A DNA stretch of 64,000 nucleotides, taken from NCBI GenBank assembly GCA_964599475.1, contig CAZRFU010000016.1:17619-81618 (forward strand). The letters are read 5' to 3'. Positions 51,949 through 60,903 of the stretch are shown here, piece by piece (within the stretch, counting starts at the first letter, position 1; every line of letters begins with the position of its first letter). The position numbers were made by a program, and so were the translations under genes. The DNA is from an uncultured Thermoanaerobaculia bacterium (GTDB lineage: Bacteria > Acidobacteriota > Thermoanaerobaculia > Multivoradales > CAZRFU01). The notes under the pieces are model-generated. The model did no database searches. It was not told the DNA's origin and was given only the letters and a program-made list of their open reading frames with translations.

Positions 51949-54491
51949 CAGTTGCTCTCCTTGGGTGCCAGCTCGGCCACGGCCTCGGCTGGTGTTTCTC
52001 GAAGATCGAGCGCTCCGGCCGCGTCGCGCCTCGCCGCTTCGTTCCAGGCGTAGACCCCGACCCGCTCCGCCGAGATTGCCTGAGGCAGGCGCCATACGAC
52101 CGGGCTCGGATCCTGCAATTCCTCGCGCGCCAGCACATTCCCGCTCGCGTCGAAGGCTTCGAACAACACCCGCGTCCCGGGCTCTTGCCAGGGCACATCG
52201 ACGCGGATGTCGTCGGCGACGAGGGCCGGGTGCAGAGTGTCGGCCGGTCTCGCCAGCGGCAACGCGGGATCCCCGATCAGGTTGAACATCATCACGAAGG
52301 CCTTGTTGCGCGAGAACTCAGCCTTGGTCACCCGCAGGGCTTCGCCCAACGAGTCTTCCTCGAGCAGGCCATTCATCAGTCTCTCGCTGACCCGTTGCGA
52401 CGGCGAGTAGCGCCAGGAGGCCCCGAAGACTGCAATCGCGCCTCGATCCGGAAGTCGCAGGAAGCGCTCCCCGATCGAATCCGCGGTCGGGTGGTCAAAC
52501 GGCGCGGAGTAGCACGTCATGCTCAGGATCACGGGCAGCTTGTCGTTGGGCGCGAGCGCATCGAGGTCGTCGAGGGTGAAGAGATCGTGGTTCTTGCGCG
52601 GGTCGGGCGGCCCCGTGCGCCAGATGAAACGCCCGCCGTGGCCGACGAAGTGCACCATCAGCTGCCCCTCGTCGATCGCCTGGCGAATTGCGCCCTGGTG
52701 CAACTCGTTGGAGGCTTCCTCGGGCTTGGGGTAGATCTTCGACCCGCCGAGGCCGCGCTCGGCCATCGCGCCGGCAAGGTTGTCGGTCTGCCGCTGGAAC
52801 CCAGCCTCCTCGTTGACCAGCCACAAGACATGGCGGCGCCACGGCCCGACCGGCGGCCCGGCGAGATAACCACGGATCTTCGAGACGATCCCCCGCACCT
52901 CGTCCGGCTCGCTCACCGGCAGGCGACCGATCGCCATCTCCGGACTGCCGTCCTCGTCGAAGTCGACGAAGTAGTGGTCGGATGCGGCGTGGCCGTCGGA
53001 ACTTGCCCAGCGGTAGGTCGGGATCAGATTGCGATGGCCTAGGGTTGGTCGCCGCGGGTGTGGGGTCGCGGGAATCTTGTTGAAGCCCTCGCGCTCGAAT
53101 GTGGCCCAGGTCATGTCGGCGTAGCGCTGGTCGTCGAGCTCCTCGTTGCGAGCGTCCCAGCTCGCATCACCCACCAGCAGCACGAAGCGTGGCACGGGCG
53201 CAACCCAGGATGTCGCGGTGTGGTGCAGGAACGACCGAATCGCTTTGGGATCGACGACGCCGAAGGAGAACTCATCGAAGATCTCCTCGACATCGACGAC
53301 CTCGACACTCAGCCCGCGACGCCGATGGACATCGGCGAGGTGTTCGGTCTCGAGCCGCAGGCTCGGATGGGTGATCATCAGGTAGTCGGCCTGACGCGAA
53401 CGGCTGCGCAGATCCGAAGGCTGATCGAGCTCGACCACCGCGGGGCGGTGGAAGGCCCCGTCACGAACCACCCAGACCGAGGCTTCCGGGGTGCGAAACG
53501 TCACACCGAACTGCTCGCGACGCGGCACGCCCGCGGCACGCTGCGTGGCCCCGAAGACGGCGATCCGCTCCGCCTCCCGCACCATGAAGTCGAGCGATCG
53601 GCAGCTCTCGTCCGCGCGAGCAAAAAGCTCGCGCTGGGCGTATCGCACCGAGCGATCGTGCGGGTAGCTCAGCTCGATCCAGTTCAGCAGCGAGACGTCG
53701 ACGATCGGGTTGTCCTTCTCGTCCATGCGGCGGGGCGAGGTCACGCTGAGCTTCACCTGCTCCGGCAGCTCGGCCGCCGGGCGGCGCAGCACGAACTCGG
53801 CCAGCTCCTGACCCTCGAACTCGACTCGGGCCTGCTCGGCACCGTCGAGGGCAGCCGTGACGATGTGAGTCGGTTCCCCCTCCGCCAACCGCGGAGTCGA
53901 CCAGCCCCGCAGCTGACCGGTGATCGTCAGGGGCTGAGCAGACGAGCGATCGAGATCTGCCAGCTCGAGCGGGAGCTCGAACTGATCCTGGGGGAAAAAC
54001 GACACCCGCGACCACATCCACGGCTCGATGTCGCCGAGGCGCGGAGCAAACCGCAGGAGCAACCGGTCCTCCTCGAGATGCTGACGCACCTCGAGCGCAC
54101 AGGACTTGCCCGATGCTTTGGCGGGTACGTCGACGTAGCGCAACCCGCCACCACCGAGCCGGACCCAATAGACCGCCCACGCAGTCTCCTCGGCAAACCA
54201 GCTGCGCTCACCCGGCAGGTGCCGACCGACCAGCTCGATCGCATCACCCGGGCCAAAGAACCCGTCCTCGCCGCCGCGAACGTGGATCGGCACCGGCTCG
54301 CCCAGACTGTCGACGCCGAGCTCGTCGGTGGGGATCGGTTGGCCTTGCCACCCCGCCGCGGTCAGATCCTCGAAGCTCACGGCGTACACCCCGGACTCGC
54401 GCAGCAGCACCTTGAACGAGGGTGTCGCGGCGATGGCGACAGCGGCACTGACCCACGAGGTGACGGCGAAAGCGGCGACGGCGAGACGCAT
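51948..54491 (-). CDS. secreted peptidase C25 (gingipain)-like protein
   Basis: Signal peptide; HFVGHGG and SMTCYS resemble the C25 His/Cys catalytic motifs. Confidence 0.6.
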   Translation of the reverse strand: MRLAVAAFAVTSWVSAAVAIAATPSFKVLLRESGVYAVSFEDLTAAGWQGQPIPTDELGVDSLGEPVPIHVRGGEDGFFGPGDAIELVGRHLPGERSWFAEETAWAVYWVRLGGGGLRYVDVPAKASGKSCALEVRQHLEEDRLLLRFAPRLGDIEPWMWSRVSFFPQDQFELPLELADLDRSSAQPLTITGQLRGWSTPRLAEGEPTHIVTAALDGAEQARVEFEGQELAEFVLRRPAAELPEQVKLSVTSPRRMDEKDNPIVDVSLLNWIELSYPHDRSVRYAQRELFARADESCRSLDFMVREAERIAVFGATQRAAGVPRREQFGVTFRTPEASVWVVRDGAFHRPAVVELDQPSDLRSRSRQADYLMITHPSLRLETEHLADVHRRRGLSVEVVDVEEIFDEFSFGVVDPKAIRSFLHHTATSWVAPVPRFVLLVGDASWDARNEELDDQRYADMTWATFEREGFNKIPATPHPRRPTLGHRNLIPTYRWASSDGHAASDHYFVDFDEDGSPEMAIGRLPVSEPDEVRGIVSKIRGYLAGPPVGPWRRHVLWLVNEEAGFQRQTDNLAGAMAERGLGGSKIYPKPEEASNELHQGAIRQAIDEGQLMVHFVGHGGRFIWRTGPPDPRKNHDLFTLDDLDALAPNDKLPVILSMTCYSAPFDHPTADSIGERFLRLPDRGAIAVFGASWRYSPSQRVSERLMNGLLEEDSLGEALRVTKAEFSRNKAFVMMFNLIGDPALPLARPADTLHPALVADDIRVDVPWQEPGTRVLFEAFDASGNVLAREELQDPSPVVWRLPQAISAERVGVYAWNEAARRDAAGALDLRETPAEAVAELAPKESN

Positions 54492-54574
54492 CCGGCGACT
54501 TTAGCAGGTGCCCTGTATTGCTCCGCCTGGCCCCACCAACCGCCGCCACACCAGGCGTCCGACGAAGGAGCGGA

Positions 54575-57500
54575 TCACACCCACTCGGCGCACAGCAGTT
54601 CCGCCTGGGCCAGCACCGTCTTGACCGCTTGGTCCTGGAGATCCGGCGGGTAGCCCCAACGATTGAGGATGCGTTTGACCATCACCCGCATGCGTGCGCG
54701 GGCGCTTTCGCGGACGGTCCAGTCGATGGTGGCGCTCTTCCTCACCTGGGTGATCAGCTCGGCGGCGATCGCGCGCAACTTCTCGTCACCCATCGCCTGC
54801 ACCGCGCTGTCGTTGGTGGCGAGCGCGTCGTAGAAGGCGATCTCGTCGTCGCTGAGACCGAGCGCTTCGCCGCGTTTCCCGGCGGCTTCGAGGTCCTTGG
54901 CGAGCTTGATCAGCTCTTCGATGACTTCCATCGTCGAGATCGCGCGGTTGTGGTACTTGTTCAGCGTTTCCTTGAGCTTTTCGCTGAAGACCTGGCTCTC
55001 GACCAAGTTGCGCTTGCCGCGCACCTTGAGCTCGTCTTCGAGCAGCTTGCGCAGGAGCTCGGCGGCGACGTTCTTGTGCTGCAGGCCGCGGACCTCGGCG
55101 AGGAACTGGTCGCTCAAGATCGAGATGTCGGGTTTCTGCAGACCGGCGGCGGTGAACACGTCGATCACTTGGCCGTCGGTGGTGATCGCCTTGCTCACCA
55201 ACTGGCGGATCGCCGCGTCGATCTGTTCGGGGGTCTTGCCGCTCCCTGAGCCACCCTTGGCGAAGGCCGCTTGCAGCGCCTGGAAGAACGACACGTCGTC
55301 GCGGATCGTCGTCGCCTCGTCGGTTGCCGCCGCGAGCGCGAAGGCACGCGAGAGCTCCATCACCACCCTGGCCCACCGTTGTTGACCGTCCGGCTGCGCC
55401 AGGATGTGCTCGCGGCCGGCGGGAATCAACGCGAGGCGTTCGCTCGGCGAGCCGCTGATCCAGCGGCTCCAATCGAAGCCGTTCAGCATCGAGCAGGCGA
55501 CCTCGTGCTTCTCGAGCATCACCGCAATCGCGGCAGCCGTGTCGAAGGTCGGATCACCCTTGCCGCCGCTTTCGGTGTAGGTCGCCAGTGCCCGTTTGAG
55601 CTGATCCGCGAGCCCGAGGTAGTCGACCACCAGGCCGCCGGGCTTGTCGCGAAACACCCGATTCACTCGTGCGATCGCCTGCATCAGGCCGTGGCCGTGC
55701 ATCGGCTTGTCGACGTACATGGTGTGCAGACACGGCGCATCGAAGCCGGTCAGCCACATGTCGCGCACGATCACGATGCGGAAGGGATCTTTGGCGTCTT
55801 TGAAGCGCGTCGCCATCCGCCGCCGACGGTCTTTGCTGCGGATGTGCGGTTGCCACGCAGGGCCGTCGTCGGCGCTGCCGGTCATCACCACCTTGACCAC
55901 ACAGCTGCGGTCCTTTTCGGCCTCGGCATCGTCGCCGACACTCGCCCATTCGGGGCGAAGCGCGATCAGCGCGTCGTAGAGGTCGACGCAGATGCGCCGG
56001 CTCATGCACACCACCATCGCCTTGCCGTCCATCGCCTCGAGGCGCTTCTCGAAGTGCGCCACCAAGTCCGCCGCGATCAACGCGATGCGTTTCGGGTCGC
56101 CGACCAAGGCTTCGAGCGCCGCCCACTTGCTCTTGAGCTTCTCGCGGTGGGTCGGCTCTTCGCCCTCGGTGATCTCGTCAAACTCGTCGTCGAGCTTGGG
56201 GACCTCGGCGGCGTTGAGGCTGAGCTTCGAGATCCGGCTTTCGTAGTAGATCGGCACCGTCGCCTGATCCGCCACCGCTCGCTGGATGTCGTAGATCGAG
56301 ATGTAGTCGCCGAACACCACCCGCGTGTTGGCGTCGGCGAGCTCGATCGGGGTGCCGGTGAAGCCGATGTAGCAGGCGTTCGGCAGCGCGTCGCGCAGGT
56401 TGCTCGCAAAGCCGTACGACAACGCGCCGGTCTTGGGGTTGACCTTGGCGCCGAAGCCGTATTGGCTGCGGTGTGCTTCATCGGCGATCACCACGATGTT
56501 CTGCCGCGCACTCAGCACCGGCATGGCTTCGCCCTGCTCCGGCAGGAACTTGTGAATGGTGGTGAAGACCACGCCGCCGCTCGCGACCGTCAGGAGCTCG
56601 CGCAGCTGCTCACGGCTGCCGGCCTGCACCGGCGTCTGCCCGAGCACGTCGGCGCAGCGCTGGAACTGGCCGAAGAGCTGGTCGTCGAGGTCGTTGCGGT
56701 CGGTCAACACCACCAGCGTCGGGTTCTGCATCACCGGGTGGCGTACCACTCGTGCGGCGAAGAAGAGCATCGAAAAGCTCTTGCCGCTGCCCTGGGTGTG
56801 CCACACCACCCCGGCGCGGCGGTCGCCCGGCTGGCCGCCGCGCATCCGCCCGGCCCAATAGGTGCCCGGCGTTTCCTTCGCCTCGTCGGCTCGCGCCAAC
56901 CCACTCGCCCGCACCGTCTCCTCGACCGCGGCGTTGACCGCGTGGAACTGGTGGTAGCCGGCGATGATCTTGTGCAGCGCCCCCGAGTCCGGATCCTCCT
57001 CGAACACGATGAAGTGCTGCAGCAGCTCGAGGAAACGCCGCTGGTCGAACACTCCGCGGATCAACACCTCGAGCTCGAGCGCATTCGCCGGCGCGTCGCC
57101 CTCGCCGTCGACCGTGCGCCAGACCTTGAACCACTCCTGGTTCGCCGTGAGCGACCCCATCCGCGCCTGCAGTCCGTCACTCACCACCAACACCGCGTTG
57201 TACTGCAACAGCGACGGAATTTCGGCCTTGTAGGTCTGCACCTGCGCGTAGGCGCTCCAGATCGTCGCGTTTTCATCCGCCGCGTTCTTGAGCTCGATCA
57301 CGCCGAGCGGCAGCCCGTTGACGAACACCACCAGATCCGGCCGGCGGCTGTGCTGGCCCTCGATCACCGTGAACTGGTTCACCACCAGCCAGTCGTTGGC
57401 GGCGGAATCGGTGAAGTCGACCAGCCGCACGTGGTCGCCGGCGATCGACCCGTCCAGGCGGCGGTATTCCACCTGCACCCCGTTGCGCAGCAGCTTGTGG

Positions 57501-57763
57501 AAGGCACGGTTGGTCTGGATCAGCGACGGCGTGGCGATCCGCACCACCCGGCGCAGGGCATCCTCGCGAGCGTCCGCAGGGATCGTTGGGTTGAGCCGCG
57601 CAATAGCGTCCCGCAGCCGGCCGGCGAGCAAGACGTCGCCAAACGAATCCCTCTCCGCCGCCGGTTCGCCCGGCGCCAGGTGTGGCCCGTGGCCGACGGC
57701 GTAGCCGAGACCAGCAAACCAGTCGAGGGCGGCGGATTCGACGATGGATTCGTCGAGACTCAT
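54575..57763 (-). CDS. hsdR: Type I restriction enzyme R subunit (intact)
   Basis: 1062 aa; N-terminus [21 protein letters not shown]; SF2 helicase motifs (GSGKS, DEAH). Confidence 0.9.
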   Translation of the reverse strand: MSLDESIVESAALDWFAGLGYAVGHGPHLAPGEPAAERDSFGDVLLAGRLRDAIARLNPTIPADAREDALRRVVRIATPSLIQTNRAFHKLLRNGVQVEYRRLDGSIAGDHVRLVDFTDSAANDWLVVNQFTVIEGQHSRRPDLVVFVNGLPLGVIELKNAADENATIWSAYAQVQTYKAEIPSLLQYNAVLVVSDGLQARMGSLTANQEWFKVWRTVDGEGDAPANALELEVLIRGVFDQRRFLELLQHFIVFEEDPDSGALHKIIAGYHQFHAVNAAVEETVRASGLARADEAKETPGTYWAGRMRGGQPGDRRAGVVWHTQGSGKSFSMLFFAARVVRHPVMQNPTLVVLTDRNDLDDQLFGQFQRCADVLGQTPVQAGSREQLRELLTVASGGVVFTTIHKFLPEQGEAMPVLSARQNIVVIADEAHRSQYGFGAKVNPKTGALSYGFASNLRDALPNACYIGFTGTPIELADANTRVVFGDYISIYDIQRAVADQATVPIYYESRISKLSLNAAEVPKLDDEFDEITEGEEPTHREKLKSKWAALEALVGDPKRIALIAADLVAHFEKRLEAMDGKAMVVCMSRRICVDLYDALIALRPEWASVGDDAEAEKDRSCVVKVVMTGSADDGPAWQPHIRSKDRRRRMATRFKDAKDPFRIVIVRDMWLTGFDAPCLHTMYVDKPMHGHGLMQAIARVNRVFRDKPGGLVVDYLGLADQLKRALATYTESGGKGDPTFDTAAAIAVMLEKHEVACSMLNGFDWSRWISGSPSERLALIPAGREHILAQPDGQQRWARVVMELSRAFALAAATDEATTIRDDVSFFQALQAAFAKGGSGSGKTPEQIDAAIRQLVSKAITTDGQVIDVFTAAGLQKPDISILSDQFLAEVRGLQHKNVAAELLRKLLEDELKVRGKRNLVESQVFSEKLKETLNKYHNRAISTMEVIEELIKLAKDLEAAGKRGEALGLSDDEIAFYDALATNDSAVQAMGDEKLRAIAAELITQVRKSATIDWTVRESARARMRVMVKRILNRWGYPPDLQDQAVKTVLAQAELLCAEWV

Positions 57764-57766
57764 CGG

Positions 57767-58219
57767 CTAGTCCCACACATACCGCTCGTCGAACTCGATG
57801 CCATACTTCTTCAGGAGGCGGCGGTACTCCTCTTGGAACGAGATCTTGCGATGATGCTGCGCCTGGCCGGCGAGGTATTTCTCGAGAGCAGCGCGATGGG
57901 AAGGACTGAGCGAAAACGCTCCGTAGCCGCTCTGCCAGTGAAAGTCCTGCGAGCCTGGGGCCTTGGATTTGAGCCACTTCGTCGATCCGGTCTTGATGAC
58001 CTGCACCAGGTCGGCCAGCGCCACCGTTCTCGGGTGCGCGACGAGGAGGTGGATGTGGTCCGCCACCGATCCCGCCGCCAGCAGCGTGCCCTGGTGGTTC
58101 AGGATGATGCCGCCGATGTAAGCGTGGAGCTCGTCGCGGATGTCGTCAGCCAGGCGCGGTTCGCGGTTCTTGGTCGAAAAGACCAAATGGACGAGGATCT
58201 GCGCGAGGGACTGTGGCAT
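57767..58219 (-). CDS. IS200/IS605-family Y1 (HUH) transposase, REP-associated (RAYT-like)
   Basis: MPQSLAQILVHLVFSTKNREP...HIHLLV...SGYGAFS (HuH and Tyr motifs); flanked by REP palindromes; stop lies 3 nt from the hsdR start. Confidence 0.75.
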   Translation of the reverse strand: MPQSLAQILVHLVFSTKNREPRLADDIRDELHAYIGGIILNHQGTLLAAGSVADHIHLLVAHPRTVALADLVQVIKTGSTKWLKSKAPGSQDFHWQSGYGAFSLSPSHRAALEKYLAGQAQHHRKISFQEEYRRLLKKYGIEFDERYVWD

Positions 58220-58289
58220 GGCAAGCAAGCGCTCCGGCGTTTTCGGCCGAGTCTATCCGTCCCGACGGGCGCGGGTCCGCAAGTTGGCG

Positions 58290-58800
58290 ATGGTCGCGCT
58301 CCGGGGCCCCAACGGGGCCCAATGAGATAGCCCAGGGCAACGCCCTGGGTAGGCAAGCCCCCGTCCCTTCCCAAGCCCTGAAAGGGCGAAACATCCCTCC
58401 GCGACGATCCTGCGCCGCAACCGCCCCGGAGTTCCGCCCTTTCAGGGCTCGGAACCAATGGGGGGTGCCGCGGTACCCAGGGTGTCGCTTCGCTCTACCC
58501 TGGGCTATCTCATCTCGCCCCTTTGGGGCTTCGGATCGGCAGCCCGGCACCGGCGGGGCACCAGTGGATCGCCCCAACGACCGGCCCGCGATGCAGCACC
58601 CCGCCGTCGGGTCCCCGTGGCCCCAACCGGCACAGGTGGATCGCCCCAACGCCCGCCAGTGGCACGGCACCGCACGGATGCTCGGCTCCGGGGCCCCAAC
58701 GGGGCCCAATGAGATAGCCCAGGGCAACGCCCTGGGTTGGGCAAGCCGGTCCCATTCCCGAGCCCTGAAAGGGCGAAACATCCCAGGCCGACCCGGGTCC
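58290..58800. repeat. REP/BIME-like palindromic repeat cluster (about 4 units in both orientations, core CCCAGGG-loop-CCCTGGG hairpin within ...aatgagatagcccagggcaacgccctgggt...gccctgaaagggcgaaacatccc)
   Basis: Near-identical copies at 58296, 58683 and 60285; inverted copies at 58425 and 60420. Confidence 0.75.
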
Positions 58801-58832
58801 ACCGTCCGCGCGCGATCCACCGGCCCCACGGC

Positions 58833-60125
58833 CTACCCCGGATACGCCGTGGCCAACGCCCGCAAACCCAAAAAGCACACGCCGACGCCACCAACCGCCG
58901 CCACGCCGATCGCCGCCCTTGCATGGCGCCGCAACAAGCCCCATCGGCTCGCCCCGCCAACCGCCAAGGCACACGCCGGGCCGATGGCGGGTAAGACCAG
59001 CCGCCCCTGGGGCTGCCAATCCGAGCTGACCATGTACACCGCCAGCAGCACCAGCGCCGCCCCGATCCCGGACACCGCGGCGATCGCGACCACACCACGC
59101 TCCCGCCACGTGGCCCACACCCCGCCGACGATCGCCGCAGTCGGCAGCAGGAACCATGCGTAGGCGGCCACCGGCAAGTGAACGTTGAACCACCCGAGCT
59201 TGGCCCAGGTGCCGAGCCACAGGGTGACCATCCACCCCGGCTCGGTGATCAACGCGACCGCGGGCCCACCGTGCAACTTCCAGCTCGGCGGGACCGCATG
59301 CCCGAATGGGATGCCACGTGTCGCCTGAAACGCCAGAAGCCCCGCCAGCAGCGAGCTCCACAGTCCAACTCCCGCAGCGGCGACGCTGCGGCGCATCCGG
59401 GCGACACCGATCACCACCAGCGGCGCGAACAAGAAGGCCGCGGTCAATTTGGCCCACAGCGCCACTCCCGCGACGACGGCGGCAAGCAAGTACAGGCGAG
59501 TCGACCGGGTTTCCCCCGCACGCAAGAGCAGGGCAAAGCACACGGTCGAGAGGGCGATGGTGGCGGCGTCGTTGCTGAAGGTAGCGAACGAAAACACCAA
59601 CTGGGGCACCAGCAGGAACACCAGGAACACCGGCACCACCTCGACCGGCCTCCGGCCGGCCTGCCTCGACACCACTGCACACCCCCACAGCGCCGGCACG
59701 AACACCACCGCCCAGGCGACGTTCACCAACCGGGGCGCCCACCACCCCCGCCGGGGTTCCCCGTCGACATAGGGTTTGGGTGGCTGACTGAAATCGAAAT
59801 CCGCCGATCGGCGCAATGCCGGCAGCTCCGAATCCCCTCCCGCCACGCGGAGCGCCGCCGCCGCAGCGAGATAGGCAAGCGGCGGTTGGTGCAGCTCGTA
59901 GCTCACCTCGCCGGGTAGGGCAGGGACAACCGGCCCGCTCCCGGCGCGCGCCACCTCGCGCACGTATTCGAGATGCGCCGCCTCGTCCGGAGCTTCGCCG
60001 AGCGGCGTGACCCATGAATACGCCAGCGCCAGCACGACGAACGCAACACCGCCGAACGTTGCGAGCACTCGGAGTGGGCGCTCCGAGCTGGTGGTGGGTC
60101 TGGCGTCCGCTTGGTTCGGGGCCAT
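58833..60125 (-). CDS. polytopic membrane protein, GT-C-fold glycosyltransferase-like (ArnT/PMT/DUF2142-like, first-loop PDEAAH motif)
   Basis: 430 aa, about 10 TM, acidic motif after TM1; sits between the two REP clusters. Confidence 0.5.
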   Translation of the reverse strand: MAPNQADARPTTSSERPLRVLATFGGVAFVVLALAYSWVTPLGEAPDEAAHLEYVREVARAGSGPVVPALPGEVSYELHQPPLAYLAAAAALRVAGGDSELPALRRSADFDFSQPPKPYVDGEPRRGWWAPRLVNVAWAVVFVPALWGCAVVSRQAGRRPVEVVPVFLVFLLVPQLVFSFATFSNDAATIALSTVCFALLLRAGETRSTRLYLLAAVVAGVALWAKLTAAFLFAPLVVIGVARMRRSVAAAGVGLWSSLLAGLLAFQATRGIPFGHAVPPSWKLHGGPAVALITEPGWMVTLWLGTWAKLGWFNVHLPVAAYAWFLLPTAAIVGGVWATWRERGVVAIAAVSGIGAALVLLAVYMVSSDWQPQGRLVLPAIGPACALAVGGASRWGLLRRHARAAIGVAAVGGVGVCFLGLRALATAYPG

Positions 60126-60269
60126 GGTCGCGGGTTGCCTTTATGCAGCCAAGTGGTTTGTCGCCAGAAACATACATTGGCCTCCGGGTGGCAGGCTGCG
60201 CTACCGCCTAAACAAGCTCACTCAGGCCTTGCGTCGCTCGTGCAGGTCTTTGACGCCTTGTTGGAGGGC

Positions 60270-60512
60270 AGGCTCGGCACCGCACGGATGCTCGGCTCCG
60301 TGGCCCCAACGGGGCCCAATGAGATAGCCCAGGGCAACGCCCTGGGTGTCGGGCAAGCCCACCGACTCCCCGAGCCCTGAAAGGGCGAAACCTCCCGCGA
60401 CGGTTCGCCCCGCCCCCTCGGAATTCCGCCCGTTCAGGGCTCCGGACCTCCAGGGGTGCCGCTGTACCCAGGGTGTCGCTTCGCTCTACCCTGGGCTGTC
60501 TCATCTCGTGAG
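60270..60512. repeat. REP/BIME-like repeat cluster (one forward and one inverted unit) abutting the hsdR duplication junction at 60512/60513
   Basis: Same units as 58290..58800. Confidence 0.75.
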
Positions 60513-60514
60513 CT

Positions 60515-60903
60515 GGGTTCACCACCAACCAGTCGTTGGCGGCGGGATTGGTGAAGTCGACCAGCCGCACGTGGTCGCCGGCGATCGACCCGTCCGGCCG
60601 GCGGTATTCCACCTCCACGCCGTTGCGCAGCAGCTTGTGGAAGGCACGGTTGGTCTGGATCAGCGACGGCGTACCGATCCGCACCACTCGGCGCAGGGCA
60701 TCCTCGCGAGCGTCCGCAGGGATCGTTGGGTTGAGCCGCGCAATAGCGTCCCGCAGCCGGCCGACGAGCAACACCTCGCTGAACGAATCGCGCTCCGCCT
60801 CCGGTTCGCCGGGGGCGAGGTGAGGCCCGTGGGCGACGGCGTAGCCGAGACCGGCAAACCAGTCGAGGGCGGCGGATTCGACGATGGATTCGTTCAAGCT
60901 CAT
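60515..60903 (-). pseudogene. hsdR 5' fragment (first ~130 codons), a direct duplicate of 57374..57763; reads through into REP sequence
   Basis: Translation [26 protein letters not shown]...DWLVVN then diverges; nucleotide-level near identity with the intact hsdR 5' end. Confidence 0.8.
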
